Below, in pieces: positions 1 through 9,386 of a stretch of 64,000 bases of DNA. A program made the position numbers and the translations under genes. Each line of letters begins with the position of its first letter. The first letter of the stretch is position 1. This stretch comes from an uncultured Leptospirales bacterium (GTDB lineage Bacteria > Spirochaetota > UBA4802 > UBA5550). The DNA is taken from NCBI GenBank assembly GCA_964439325.1, contig CAYTNW010000008.1:69440-133439 (forward strand), written 5' to 3'. The notes beneath the pieces were generated by a model, which saw only the letters and a list, made by a program, of their open reading frames with translations, did not search any database and was not told the origin of the DNA.

Positions 1-149
1 GTCAGGGTTTCTACGGAGGGTGCGGCAGGCGGCTGCGCAGAAAGAGGGGAAAGAAAACCCGCCGCAATCAGCAGCTGAATTATAACGAAACTGCAGATGA
101 CGGAGGTTCTAAACGTTACTGTACCGGATAATCTTTTTCTTACGCGCAT
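1..149 (-). CDS. 5' part of a probable exported protein, running off the window edge
   Basis: Own translation from ATG at 149: MRVRKRLSGTVTFRTSVICSFVIIQLLIAAGFLSPLSAQPPAAPSVETL. The frame is open to the edge, with a basic N-terminus, a hydrophobic stretch and an LSA-Q cleavage-like site. Confidence 0.6.
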   Translation of the reverse strand, partial: MRVRKRLSGTVTFRTSVICSFVIIQLLIAAGFLSPLSAQPPAAPSVETL

Positions 150-255
150 TGTCTACCAGTAAGAATTATATTTTATCTGACGGAAACGAATCCCGACAGA
201 ATTAGCTGCAAAAAAACCGTTCAGTTGTCTTTATTAAAATATCCGGGAGGAAATG

Positions 256-1338
256 TTAAGAGTTTTCCATCTCGAATTTTTTCATGAAATCTATAAGCTT
301 CTGAATCCCTTCAACCGGCATCGCGTTGTAGATGCTTGCCCTCATCCCGCCGGCGGTCTTATGGCCCGCTAGTGTTGTAAGAGCGTTCTTCTCGGCGTTT
401 TTTACAAACAGCGCGTCGAGTTCTTTTGAGCCGGTAGAGAAGGTTACGTTCATCAGAGATCTGAACTCCCTGTCTACGTTTCCCCTGAACATCTTCGAGT
501 TGTCGATGAAATCGTACAGAAGACCTGCCTTGTGCCTGTTTATTTTTTCAATCTCCTTCACTCCCCCAAGGTCCCTGAGCCATTCGAAAACAAGCTTCGA
601 CATGTATATCGCGTAAGTCGGAGGGGTGTTGAACAGCGACCTGTTGTCCGCGTGAACGGTGAAGTTCAGCATCGACGGCAGGTCTTTATCCGACCGCTTG
701 AGAAGGTCTTTTCTTATAATTACGATAGTCACTCCGGCCGGTCCGATATTTTTCTGCGCGCCGGCGAATATGATGCCGTACCTGCTTACGTCATACTCTT
801 CCGAGAGTATGCATGACGACATGTCGGCAACGATAGGAGTATCTCCCGGCTCGGGGAGTCTGTTGTACTTTGTTCCGTATATCGTGTTGTTATAGCAGAT
901 ATGGAGGTAATCCGCGTCCCTGTTGAAGTCCAGATTTTTCAGATCGGGGATATAGGCGAATGTCCGGTCTTCGGATGAGGCGAGGACGTTTACCTTCCCC
1001 AGCTTTCCCCCCTCCTTGATCGCTTTTTCGGTCCACGCGCCTGTATGTATTATATCAAAGGTTTTGTTTGAGGTCATTATGTTCATCGGGATCATCGTGA
1101 ACTGAAGCGACGCTCCCCCCTGCAGAAAAAGGACCTGGTAGTTGTCGGGGATATTCATCAGATCTATAAGGAGCTTTTCAGTTTCATCCATAATGTCCAT
1201 GTAAAGCGCGGAGCGGTGGCTCATCTCCATTATAGACATTCCGGAATCGCGGTATTCAAGCATCTCCGATGCGGCTTTTTTCAGGACGCTCTCCGGCAGT
1301 ACGGCCGGGCCGGCTGAAAAATTGTAAACTCTCGCCAT
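256..1338 (-). CDS. serC: Phosphoserine aminotransferase
   Basis: N-terminal YNFSAGPA and EMSHRS, PLP-lysine motif FAGAQKNIGP, NTPP and C-terminal GGMRASIYNA. Confidence 0.97.
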   Translation of the reverse strand: MARVYNFSAGPAVLPESVLKKAASEMLEYRDSGMSIMEMSHRSALYMDIMDETEKLLIDLMNIPDNYQVLFLQGGASLQFTMIPMNIMTSNKTFDIIHTGAWTEKAIKEGGKLGKVNVLASSEDRTFAYIPDLKNLDFNRDADYLHICYNNTIYGTKYNRLPEPGDTPIVADMSSCILSEEYDVSRYGIIFAGAQKNIGPAGVTIVIIRKDLLKRSDKDLPSMLNFTVHADNRSLFNTPPTYAIYMSKLVFEWLRDLGGVKEIEKINRHKAGLLYDFIDNSKMFRGNVDREFRSLMNVTFSTGSKELDALFVKNAEKNALTTLAGHKTAGGMRASIYNAMPVEGIQKLIDFMKKFEMENS

Positions 1339-1494
1339 AGTATTATCCCTGGTAGTTTTTTTTAAAGCAAAATATAATGTACCTGCATGTCAAGTTTTTA
1401 ATTGGGGAATATACTGGAGATGTTTAATAACAGACCGGATTGAACGATAAGTATTCCGGCCTGTTTTGTTGAGCAGGATCTGATTTTTAAGCTG

Positions 1495-2187
1495 TTATTT
1501 GCCGGTATCCGGTTTATATTTGATAGTACGGTTGTTGCTGAAATTCATCAGACTTTTCTCTTCACATCTTGACTCCCATACAAGGCAAGAGATACCTGAT
1601 TTGTTTTCTCTGATGTGCATCACTGTAAAATTGAACGAAGGTATCTTTTCAAATGTTGCAATTTCTTTTTGCCAGTGGGCTGTTGTATCGTCAGCATCAG
1701 AATGTTGATAGTATGAAGTTTGAATAAGTTTATTCTTGTCATAGTAGTTGTTCTGATAAAAACCTTCAGAATCTCTTGTTCCGGTTACAAAATTATAGGT
1801 ATAATTGTAGTAATATGTTGATCCGTCATCCTGATACTGTTCTTCATTGATGAATATCTTTTTATAGTAATCGGTGGCTGAATCGTTCTCTATTTGTGTA
1901 ATCATGGCAGTATCATGATTCAACGGGCAGATTTGCCGGCTGTCTTCTGACCAGACAATATCTGCCGATGTGGGATTATTTTCGATAGCCGCTGTACTGT
2001 TATAAAATTTAACGTCGGATAATTTCCACAGATTCCATAATCCCTTATCATTGTAAGATCCCCGGATATTAAGGGTTTTGCTCGAATTAAAATATGGATC
2101 TTCATACTGTTTATTTGAGTCATCGTCACAGCTTATTATGAAAAGCAATGCGATCATCACAAAAAAATTTTTTTTCATGTCAATCAT
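1495..2187 (-). CDS. Hypothetical lipoprotein
   Basis: MKKNFFVMIALLFIISC lipoprotein signal followed by a Tyr/Asn/Asp-rich mature part. No family recognised. Confidence 0.7.
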   Translation of the reverse strand: MIDMKKNFFVMIALLFIISCDDDSNKQYEDPYFNSSKTLNIRGSYNDKGLWNLWKLSDVKFYNSTAAIENNPTSADIVWSEDSRQICPLNHDTAMITQIENDSATDYYKKIFINEEQYQDDGSTYYYNYTYNFVTGTRDSEGFYQNNYYDKNKLIQTSYYQHSDADDTTAHWQKEIATFEKIPSFNFTVMHIRENKSGISCLVWESRCEEKSLMNFSNNRTIKYKPDTGK

Positions 2188-2449
2188 CTCCGTATGTGTC
2201 CGGTTTTTAATTAAAAAATTTTTATATTCGCATATTATTACGGATATGGTTATGTGTCAATAAAAAAAACACTAATATGGCAGCACACGGGCTGCTTGCC
2301 CTTTTTATACGAAAACTTATTTTGTTTATTTTTCCATACCGGTTCAAAAAATATTCATGCTTGACAAAAGCTGCAGAATTCCGGTTCTATATTGGCGTCT
2401 GTTCTTCAGAAAAAGATAATTATAACACATATAAAAAAGGAGATACCGC

Positions 2450-3118
2450 ATGAAAAAAATAAAGACCGGCTTCATCTGTCTGGTTCTGGCATTTACGGCA
2501 GGATCGATTTTCGCCCAGGACGCAACGGATATGATGAGCCAGTACAAAGCTATGAGCGAGAGTTCGTCTGAAAAATTTCCCTCCGAACTCGACGTGCTGA
2601 TGCCAAAAGGGTTCACGATAAAAACAAGGGGTTTTGTCTACAAACAGACTTCGAACATGTTCATGTTTGCCGCGCTGAGCGGTACAAGGAAAAACGTCGA
2701 GTATCCGAAGTTCGGTCTTGAGACGGAAATTGAAGTAGGGATTATGGCTTACAATCCTCAGTCGGCGTCATACATGTCGTCGCAGATGCCTCTGGTTATG
2801 CAGGCATATAGAAATGACTACAGCAAGTCTGTCGCTAACGAGAGTGAGGGGCAGTGGGAGATCAGCCCTGTTGCGGTTTCAAAAATAAACCAGGCCGATG
2901 TTTACATTCAGAAATGTATCCGCAAGAGTGTCGAGCTTGATAATTTCAAATATGAAGACCAGGTATACTACTTCGTTAAGGCGGCTATGCTTAAAAAGAA
3001 CGTTCTGCTCACTGTAAGTATGGTATACTATCCTCAGAAAAAAGAGGGCGTTGACGCAGCTGTAAACGAGATAACAAAAGCCGTTCTTGCCGCAGATTTC
3101 GATAAATTCATGAAATAG
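2450..3118 (+). CDS. Hypothetical exported protein
   Basis: Signal peptide MKKIKTGFICLVLAFTAGSIFA-Q and GGAG RBS upstream. Confidence 0.75.
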   Translation: MKKIKTGFICLVLAFTAGSIFAQDATDMMSQYKAMSESSSEKFPSELDVLMPKGFTIKTRGFVYKQTSNMFMFAALSGTRKNVEYPKFGLETEIEVGIMAYNPQSASYMSSQMPLVMQAYRNDYSKSVANESEGQWEISPVAVSKINQADVYIQKCIRKSVELDNFKYEDQVYYFVKAAMLKKNVLLTVSMVYYPQKKEGVDAAVNEITKAVLAADFDKFMK

Positions 3119-3152
3119 TTGATTAAAAATAATCCAATTAATGGTGAATTCT

Positions 3153-3806
3153 ATGAAACTCAGTGAACTGGTCAAAGAGCGTTATACTACAAAGGTGTTC
3201 GATCCCGGATTCAGGCTCAGTGATGAACAGGTTGATGAAATAAAAATGCTGCTACAATACTGTCCCTCATCGACGAATTCTCAGCCGTGGCACTTTATAA
3301 TCGCCGGAACCGAACAGGGAAAATCGCGCATTGCCTCGGCAGCCGCGGGACGGTACGAGGTCAATCTGCCGAAGATTAAGAACGCGTCGCATGTTGTGGT
3401 GCTCTGTTCCCGTTCTTTTATCGATGATAACTACCTTGAGTCCCTGCTTAAAAACGAGGAGCGCGACGGAAGGTTTGTCGACAGTGATGCGATGAAAAAC
3501 CAGCGGAATGTCCGCTCGTTCTATACCGGGATGCACAGGTTCGAGATGAAGGACGTCCAGCAATGGACCGAGAAGCAGATATATATAGTCCTCGGTACGC
3601 TGCTGCTCGGCGCGGCAGAGCTTGGTATAGACGCCTGCCCTATGGAGGGTTTCGATCCGGAGATACTTAACCGTGAACTCGGCCTCCGCGAAAAGGGTTT
3701 TACCGCTTCGCTTATAGTGGCGCTTGGGCGCCATGCCGGGAACGACTTTAATAAAAAGCTTCCGAAATCGAGATGGCCGCAGGATTATATTTTCACCGAA
3801 ATCTGA
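3153..3806 (+). CDS. nfsB: Oxygen-insensitive NAD(P)H nitroreductase, NfsB-like
   Basis: RYTTKVFD, PSSTNSQPWHF, IDACPMEGFD and LPKSRWP motifs. Start placed at ATG 3153 (MKLSELV). Confidence 0.88.
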   Translation: MKLSELVKERYTTKVFDPGFRLSDEQVDEIKMLLQYCPSSTNSQPWHFIIAGTEQGKSRIASAAAGRYEVNLPKIKNASHVVVLCSRSFIDDNYLESLLKNEERDGRFVDSDAMKNQRNVRSFYTGMHRFEMKDVQQWTEKQIYIVLGTLLLGAAELGIDACPMEGFDPEILNRELGLREKGFTASLIVALGRHAGNDFNKKLPKSRWPQDYIFTEI

Positions 3807-3965
3807 AAATTCAGTTCGGCTCTGCCTGTTTAATCTTTGCCCGGTCAATCCGTGGCCGCCGGGAGTGTCAGGGAGAGGAAATTATTCATAATTTTCTTCT
3901 TGAAAATAATTTTTATTAATAAGCTATGGTCAGATTTAACAGCGGGTAAAATTCCTAAGTACAGC

Positions 3966-3997
3966 CGGTTAAGACGCGTAGGTCCGCGGCTTAACCG
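3966..3997. other. Intergenic hairpin CGGTTAAGACGCG-taggtc-CGCGGCTTAACCG
   Basis: Inverted repeat between nfsB and DUF1015 with no U-tract. Function unknown. Confidence 0.5.
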
Positions 3998-4062
3998 TAT
4001 CTGAGCGGGATTTATTGCCGTTTTAAAAGATTTTATGTAACTACAAAAGGGGTAATCCAGAT

Positions 4063-5292
4063 ATGGCAAAAATCAGGGCTTTCAGTGCAGTAAGACCGGT
4101 AAAGGAGCTTGCCGATAAAATAGCGGAACTTCCGTATGACGTCGTGTCGCTTCCGGAGGTTATAGGTATAGCGGGCGGCAATCCGTATAATTTTTATCAC
4201 GTCACAAGGTCGGAGATGGACCTCGCGCCTGGAACCGATCCCTACTCGCCGGAAGTCTACAAAAAGGCCAGAGAGACTTTCGAGATGTTCATAAGCAAAG
4301 GCTATATGATAGAAGAGAAGAAACCGATCTTCTACCTCTATTCGCAGGTTATGGATGGAAGGATGCAGACGGGTGTTGTGGCCTGTGCCGATGTCGACGA
4401 TTATCTCAGAGAAACAATAAAAAAGCATGAGCTTACGAGAGAGGAGAAGGAACTGGACCGTACCAGGCATATCGATATAACGAAGGCCAATACCGGCCCT
4501 GTCTTTTTAATCTACAGGGACACCGATCAGAAGAGAAAACTTATAGAAAAAGCGATGAAGGCCGAACCTGTTTACGACTTCACAGCAGTTGACGGCATAA
4601 GGCATATCGTAAGATTAATTGAAGACCGGCAGCTGATCGAAGAGATTGAGAAGTCATTCACTGATGATGAACTCTATATAGCGGACGGCCACCACAGGGC
4701 AGCCTCGGCAGTCAGGGTCTGTAAAATGAGGAGAGAGGCCAATCCCGGCTATACCGGCAAAGAGGAGTTTAACGGCTTTCTCGCTGTGATATTCCCCCAT
4801 ACGCAGCTTAAGATACTGGCATACAACAGGGTCGTCAAGGACCTTAACGGAATGTCTGACGGGGAATTCATGAAAAAACTCTCGCAGGAGTTTACGGTTG
4901 AGAAGAGCGGGGTAAAGGTCCCGGTCAGGGTAAACACCTTCTCTATGTATTTCAGGGGGGAGTGGTACACCGTTAAACCGGAATTTGAGATATCAAAGGA
5001 TCCCATCGAGTCGCTCGACGTAACAATAATCCAGAAAAAGGTGCTTGCCCCGCTTCTCGGAATTAATGATCCGAGAAAGGACAAACGGATAGACTTTGTA
5101 GGGGGAATAAGGGGCACAGCGGAACTTGAAAAGATAGTCAACTCCGGCGAGTTTGCTGTAGCGTTCTCAATGTACCCGACCGAAATCGAACAGCTGATGA
5201 ACGTTTCGGACGCGGGGATGATAATGCCTCCGAAATCGACATGGTTTGAACCGAAGCTGAGAGACGGCCTCCTGGTTCATGTGCTGGAGTGA
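4063..5292 (+). CDS. DUF1015 family protein
   Basis: IAELPYDV, TIKKHELTR, YIADGHHRAASA and C-terminal MPPKSTWFEPKLRDGL. Confidence 0.92.
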   Translation: MAKIRAFSAVRPVKELADKIAELPYDVVSLPEVIGIAGGNPYNFYHVTRSEMDLAPGTDPYSPEVYKKARETFEMFISKGYMIEEKKPIFYLYSQVMDGRMQTGVVACADVDDYLRETIKKHELTREEKELDRTRHIDITKANTGPVFLIYRDTDQKRKLIEKAMKAEPVYDFTAVDGIRHIVRLIEDRQLIEEIEKSFTDDELYIADGHHRAASAVRVCKMRREANPGYTGKEEFNGFLAVIFPHTQLKILAYNRVVKDLNGMSDGEFMKKLSQEFTVEKSGVKVPVRVNTFSMYFRGEWYTVKPEFEISKDPIESLDVTIIQKKVLAPLLGINDPRKDKRIDFVGGIRGTAELEKIVNSGEFAVAFSMYPTEIEQLMNVSDAGMIMPPKSTWFEPKLRDGLLVHVLE

Positions 5293-5296
5293 TATC

Positions 5297-6235
5297 TCAG
5301 AAAGTATAAATCGATATCTTGTTGTCGCCCTTCTCCCCTGCGGTGGTTGTGGCGAACTCAGACCTCCGGATGAATGATTCAAGAATCAGGTCGTTCATCT
5401 GGTGGTCGTCCCTGTTGTTCCTTTCGATATCTCCCGGATCCAGTTCCGATATCCCTATCGATACGCGCGGATTTATATATTCGTCCCTGTACCTGAATTT
5501 TTTGCTCTGGAGATTTTTAATTATCCTCTCTGCAACCTTTCCTGCGTCCTCGTTTCTCGCGTGTGGGAGGTATATTATAAAACGCGATATTTCAAAACGG
5601 CCTATTTTGTCGTAGGGGCGTATCGATTTTTTCAGCCTTGCTGCGAACTCGCCCAGAAAGGAATCGAAGACCCTGGTTCCGAACTGGTCGAGAAGTTCCG
5701 TGTAGTTGTGCAGTTCAATCATAATGGAACAGGTGAACTCCCCGCTCCTCGAGGCTCTCCCCATTTCATTGAGCATTTCATCAAGCAGCGCCCTTCTATT
5801 GAGGACCGACGTGACCGGGTCCTCTTTCGCGAACTTGATAAGCCTCTTCTTTGTTTTCAGTAGGGAGCTTCCTATTTCCATATTTTTTTTAACAATCGTA
5901 AATTTCAGTCGCAGTTCATCCTTTGTAAATGGTATCGACAGGTAATCGTCGGCGCCGGAAGCGATTCCGTCTGCGAGGTCATTCATCGAATCCTTGGTTC
6001 CTATAAGCAGGATATGCGGGCGGCTCTTCATGTTTTTGATCTTTTTTATAGCGTTGCAGATTTCATTATTCATGCCGTCGATCCAGTTTATTATTACCAG
6101 ATCGGGTGATCCTGAATTCAGCACCTCGGCAACGGGCTGATTATGAAGCTCAGTAATTTCCAGTTTAAAATCCGGAGATATCTCCTCGAGCGGCTTAAGA
6201 ATCGTTTTTGTATGGTTTGCAAGAGTTACTTTCAT
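5297..6235 (-). CDS. Pseudo-receiver plus degenerate GGDEF domain protein
   Basis: REC-like N-terminus (DLVIINW; GADDYLSIPF) and GGDEF fold (DPVTSVLNRRA). The active-site motif reads RFEISRF and the I-site RPYD is retained. Confidence 0.85.
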   Translation of the reverse strand: MKVTLANHTKTILKPLEEISPDFKLEITELHNQPVAEVLNSGSPDLVIINWIDGMNNEICNAIKKIKNMKSRPHILLIGTKDSMNDLADGIASGADDYLSIPFTKDELRLKFTIVKKNMEIGSSLLKTKKRLIKFAKEDPVTSVLNRRALLDEMLNEMGRASRSGEFTCSIMIELHNYTELLDQFGTRVFDSFLGEFAARLKKSIRPYDKIGRFEISRFIIYLPHARNEDAGKVAERIIKNLQSKKFRYRDEYINPRVSIGISELDPGDIERNNRDDHQMNDLILESFIRRSEFATTTAGEKGDNKISIYTF

Positions 6236-6398
6236 ATAAACCCGCCTGATTGATTTGTTGATTGTGAATAAAGTATTTTTTAATATTTGTCAACAAAATT
6301 ATGTATATTCAGCGTTATTGTACTGTTTCCGGCTTCATATAAAGAATTGTACAGACAGTGTCACGGAGAGGCATGCAAAGCCTCGGCCGGCTTTGTTT

Positions 6399-6536
6399 AA
6401 ACATCCTGTTTAATGCCGGCAGGCGAACATCGTTTTCGCTCGCCGTTTATTTTTAAAACATCCTGTTTAATGCCGGCAGGCGAACATCGTTTTCGCTCGC
6501 CGTTTGTTTTTAAAACATCCTGTTTAATGCCGGCAG
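6399..6536. repeat. 57-bp tandem repeat, about 2.4 copies
   Basis: ACATCCTGTTTAATGCCGGCAG starts at 6401, 6458 and 6515. The full units differ at one base (6449 A vs 6506 G) and each contains GGCGAAC...GCTCGCC. Confidence 0.95.
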
Positions 6537-6556
6537 TATAAATATAGTTTTTTGAT

Positions 6557-6689
6557 GTCATTTCGAGGAGCGATAGCGACGCGATCTATATTGTGAAATG
6601 GAGGAATGACAGTGAAGCGTATATTTTGCAACAGAAAACAGATTGCTTCACAGCGTTCATCCTGAGCCTGTCGAAGGGTTCGCAATGAC
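6557..6689. repeat. Palindromic miniature element of the GTCATTGCGAG...CTCGCAATGAC type
   Basis: Ends GTCATTTCGAGGAGCGATAGCGAC and AGATTGCTTC...TTCGCAATGAC. An internal TCATCCTGAGCCTGTCGAAGGG sub-motif is present. Confidence 0.75.
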
Positions 6690-6736
6690 AGGGTACTAAT
6701 CAAAGAAGTTGTACGCAGCATCTCTTCGCGGTTATG

Positions 6737-9172
6737 CTACCGGATTTCGATGCTGTAAGGCTGTAAATAGAGAAACTGCTCATCCAGAAGGCGGAATTTT
6801 TCGATGTTCCGGGTTATTAAATTTATGTATTTCAGAAAAGATGATGATTCACGGGTGCTGATAAGCCGTAAAAAGGCGGAACCTTCGCCTGGCAGATTAA
6901 TTATCCTGAAACCGGAATCTATTCCGCTTTTAACCTTCGCGAATTCAATTGCTGCTATAATTCCGCCGGTCTCATCAACCAGTTTTTTGTCCCTGGCCGC
7001 AGCTCCTGTATGTATCCTCCCCTCGGCTATTTCAGGTATAACTCCGGCTTCTATCTTTCTGCCGTCTATGACCTTGCCTGTAAACCTGTCGTAGATAAAG
7101 CCGATCTCCCTCTGAAACAGTTCTTTTTCGCTCTGCGTAAGGCTCCGTGATTCTGAAAAGATGTCAGCGAATTCGCTCATCTTTATCGTTTCTGTGCTTA
7201 TCCCTATTTTTGAGTAGAGCTCCTCCGCCGAGATCTTACCCGCGACTACACCTATTGAGCCTGTGATAGTACCCCTGCTTGCGAATATCGTATCTCCGGT
7301 GCAGGCTATATAGTATCCCCCCGATGCGGCCATGTTGCCGAATGAGAAAACAACCGGCCTGGGATTTTTCTTCTCGGCAGCGCAGAGGGCGCTCCACATG
7401 AAATCCGATGCCGCAGCAGACCCTCCGCCCGAGTCTATCCGTATAACGACCGCTTTAACCGACTGGTCTCCGAAGACCTGCTCGATATATTTTTTATAGT
7501 CGTAATCCCCGGTAGATCCGGAGAAGGACGATCCCCCTCCGTCTCCGGAGACTATCGATCCCGTTACGTTTATCACCGCAATTGCCGGTACTGTCCCCCA
7601 GCAGGTGACAGATTCCTCTTCCTTTATGTAATCTTCAAATGAAATTTTTCGGGCCTTCGCGTTGATTGAGTCAATCGCCTCGCCGGTATACATTATTTCG
7701 TCGATAAACCCCTTCTCTCTGGCTTCTGCCGGGGTGTAGAATCCCTTTTTGAAAATGTCCTCTACCGCGGTACGGCTTATTTTTCTGCCGTCGGTTATTC
7801 CGGAGATAAACTGCTCGTTAAGTTCTTTCAGTACCGCAGTCATGTTTTCTCTCGCCTCGCCGGACATATCGTTTCGTGTGAACATCTCACTGAAAGATTT
7901 GTATTTTCCCTTGCTGAAGGATTCGTATTTGACTCCCCCCCTGTCGAGGAGCCCTTTGAGGTAATAGGTTTTGGCGCTGAGGCCGGAAAGTTTAAATGTC
8001 GAATTCGGCGTGAAGAATATTTTATCCGACGCAGTCGCCAGGTAGTATTCCCTGTTTCCCGGGTAATTCAACACTGCGTAGACTTTTTTCCCGTTCGATC
8101 GGAACCTGTTTAACAGATCCCTGATCTCCTGCACCTGGGCCATGCCGAAACCTGAGCTGTCGATCTCCAGAATTATTCCGTTAATGCCGCGATCATCGCA
8201 GGCCTTTGTGATCCCTGTGGCGAGATCCTGAAACGAGGGTTCCTCTGCGGTGAAAAAAGCAGTCTGCTCTTTCTCCGACGTGTAGTTGTCGCTGATTTTA
8301 AGGTGAATATAATTTTCCGAGACTGAAACATAGAGCGGGTCTCTCTGCTTTCTGTAATTAAGCGCGATTCCGGCGCTCTTCAAATCTGAGGTTTCAGACC
8401 TGAACGACTGGTAGTAATCGGGGATTATGGAGACCCCTCCTCCGTTCCGGATATACAGAGGGATAGTCAGGCCCGCTGTTATGCTTTTATCAGTCCCGTA
8501 TTTGACCGCAAGCGAAAAGTCCTTTAAAAACCTGAACTCGCCGGAATAGCTGTAGTCGGCGCTTTTGTGTTTTCTTTTCACGCAGTCGACGCTGAGCGTC
8601 AGGTCTTCATTCCATGGCCTTATAGATGCTGAATAGACTCCGGCGGGATCGATCTTTTCACCGCCGATTCTGCCGTTTATGTCCCGGAAGACAACACCAA
8701 AAGAGATAAAGGGGACCGGCCTTAAAAGAAGACCGGCGTTCCATCCGTGATAGTTGTCGAAGACCCTGTTTTTCGAGCTTCCTGTGGAATATCCGGCGCC
8801 GAAGCCGAATACATTTTTAAAGAAAAAACCCTTGTTGAAGCTGAAATAATCGGCATCTGATTTTAACAGCCCGCTGTCCCCTGTCCCTGGAACAGTATTG
8901 TAATTCGCGTAAATTATATCGAGTCCGAAGAGGTTTACCGAAGTAAAATGGTTTCCCCTGCCGCCTTCTTTGTATGAAATATACCTGTAGGCTATCTGCT
9001 CGGCGCTGTCTAGGTCGGAGAATACCGGATTTATCATCGATGAGAAAGACCCTCCGGAGTAGCTTGCCGAGAGCGCGGAAACCGGCAGGGGGAAGGGATT
9101 CTCCGCGCCATAGATAATGGATACGGTTGTAAAAAGAATCGTAATAATGATGATTAATTTTTTTTTCAGCAT
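6737..9172 (-). CDS. sppA: Signal peptide peptidase SppA (protease IV) with a long N-terminal beta-strand-rich extension
   Basis: Tandem S49 domains: GKYKS, VVIRIDSGGGSAAAS, SFGNMAASGGYY, TITGSIGV, IAEGRIHTG. Confidence 0.93.
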   Translation of the reverse strand: MLKKKLIIIITILFTTVSIIYGAENPFPLPVSALSASYSGGSFSSMINPVFSDLDSAEQIAYRYISYKEGGRGNHFTSVNLFGLDIIYANYNTVPGTGDSGLLKSDADYFSFNKGFFFKNVFGFGAGYSTGSSKNRVFDNYHGWNAGLLLRPVPFISFGVVFRDINGRIGGEKIDPAGVYSASIRPWNEDLTLSVDCVKRKHKSADYSYSGEFRFLKDFSLAVKYGTDKSITAGLTIPLYIRNGGGVSIIPDYYQSFRSETSDLKSAGIALNYRKQRDPLYVSVSENYIHLKISDNYTSEKEQTAFFTAEEPSFQDLATGITKACDDRGINGIILEIDSSGFGMAQVQEIRDLLNRFRSNGKKVYAVLNYPGNREYYLATASDKIFFTPNSTFKLSGLSAKTYYLKGLLDRGGVKYESFSKGKYKSFSEMFTRNDMSGEARENMTAVLKELNEQFISGITDGRKISRTAVEDIFKKGFYTPAEAREKGFIDEIMYTGEAIDSINAKARKISFEDYIKEEESVTCWGTVPAIAVINVTGSIVSGDGGGSSFSGSTGDYDYKKYIEQVFGDQSVKAVVIRIDSGGGSAAASDFMWSALCAAEKKNPRPVVFSFGNMAASGGYYIACTGDTIFASRGTITGSIGVVAGKISAEELYSKIGISTETIKMSEFADIFSESRSLTQSEKELFQREIGFIYDRFTGKVIDGRKIEAGVIPEIAEGRIHTGAAARDKKLVDETGGIIAAIEFAKVKSGIDSGFRIINLPGEGSAFLRLISTRESSSFLKYINLITRNIEKFRLLDEQFLYLQPYSIEIR

Positions 9173-9209
9173 AAAACTCTCCGGATAGTTAAAGTGGTTT
9201 TAATAGTAA

Positions 9210-9223
9210 ATATATATATATAT
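9210..9223. repeat. (AT)7 dinucleotide tract upstream of sppA
   Basis: ATATATATATATAT lies 38-51 nt upstream of the sppA start codon. Confidence 0.85.
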
Positions 9224-9239
9224 GTATAAATAGAAAAAC

Positions 9240-9368
9240 TGCCCTCATCCGGCCAGTCGGCCACCCTCTCCCCCGCCTGCGGTCGGGAGAGGGTTTTTTA
9301 GGCTAAATTTTTTCTACTCCCCCTCTCCCGGTATTCCGGGAGAGGGGGAATCAAAGGGGGTGAGGGCA
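9240..9368. repeat. Palindromic miniature element of the CCCTCTCCC...GGGAGAGGG type
   Basis: Terminal inverted repeat TGCCCTCA/TGAGGGCA. Internal stems are CCCTCTCCC/GGGAGAGGG and a perfect 14-bp TCCCCCTCTCCCGG-tatt-CCGGGAGAGGGGGA. Confidence 0.85.
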
Positions 9369-9386
9369 TTCTATTCTGTAAATGTT

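Noticed and set aside
6399-6536. 57-bp repeat as a CRISPR array
   Set aside because: The intervening sequences are identical rather than unique spacers, and there are no cas genes.
6524-6721. 65-aa ORF
   Set aside because: It runs through the palindromic element and has no protein-like features.
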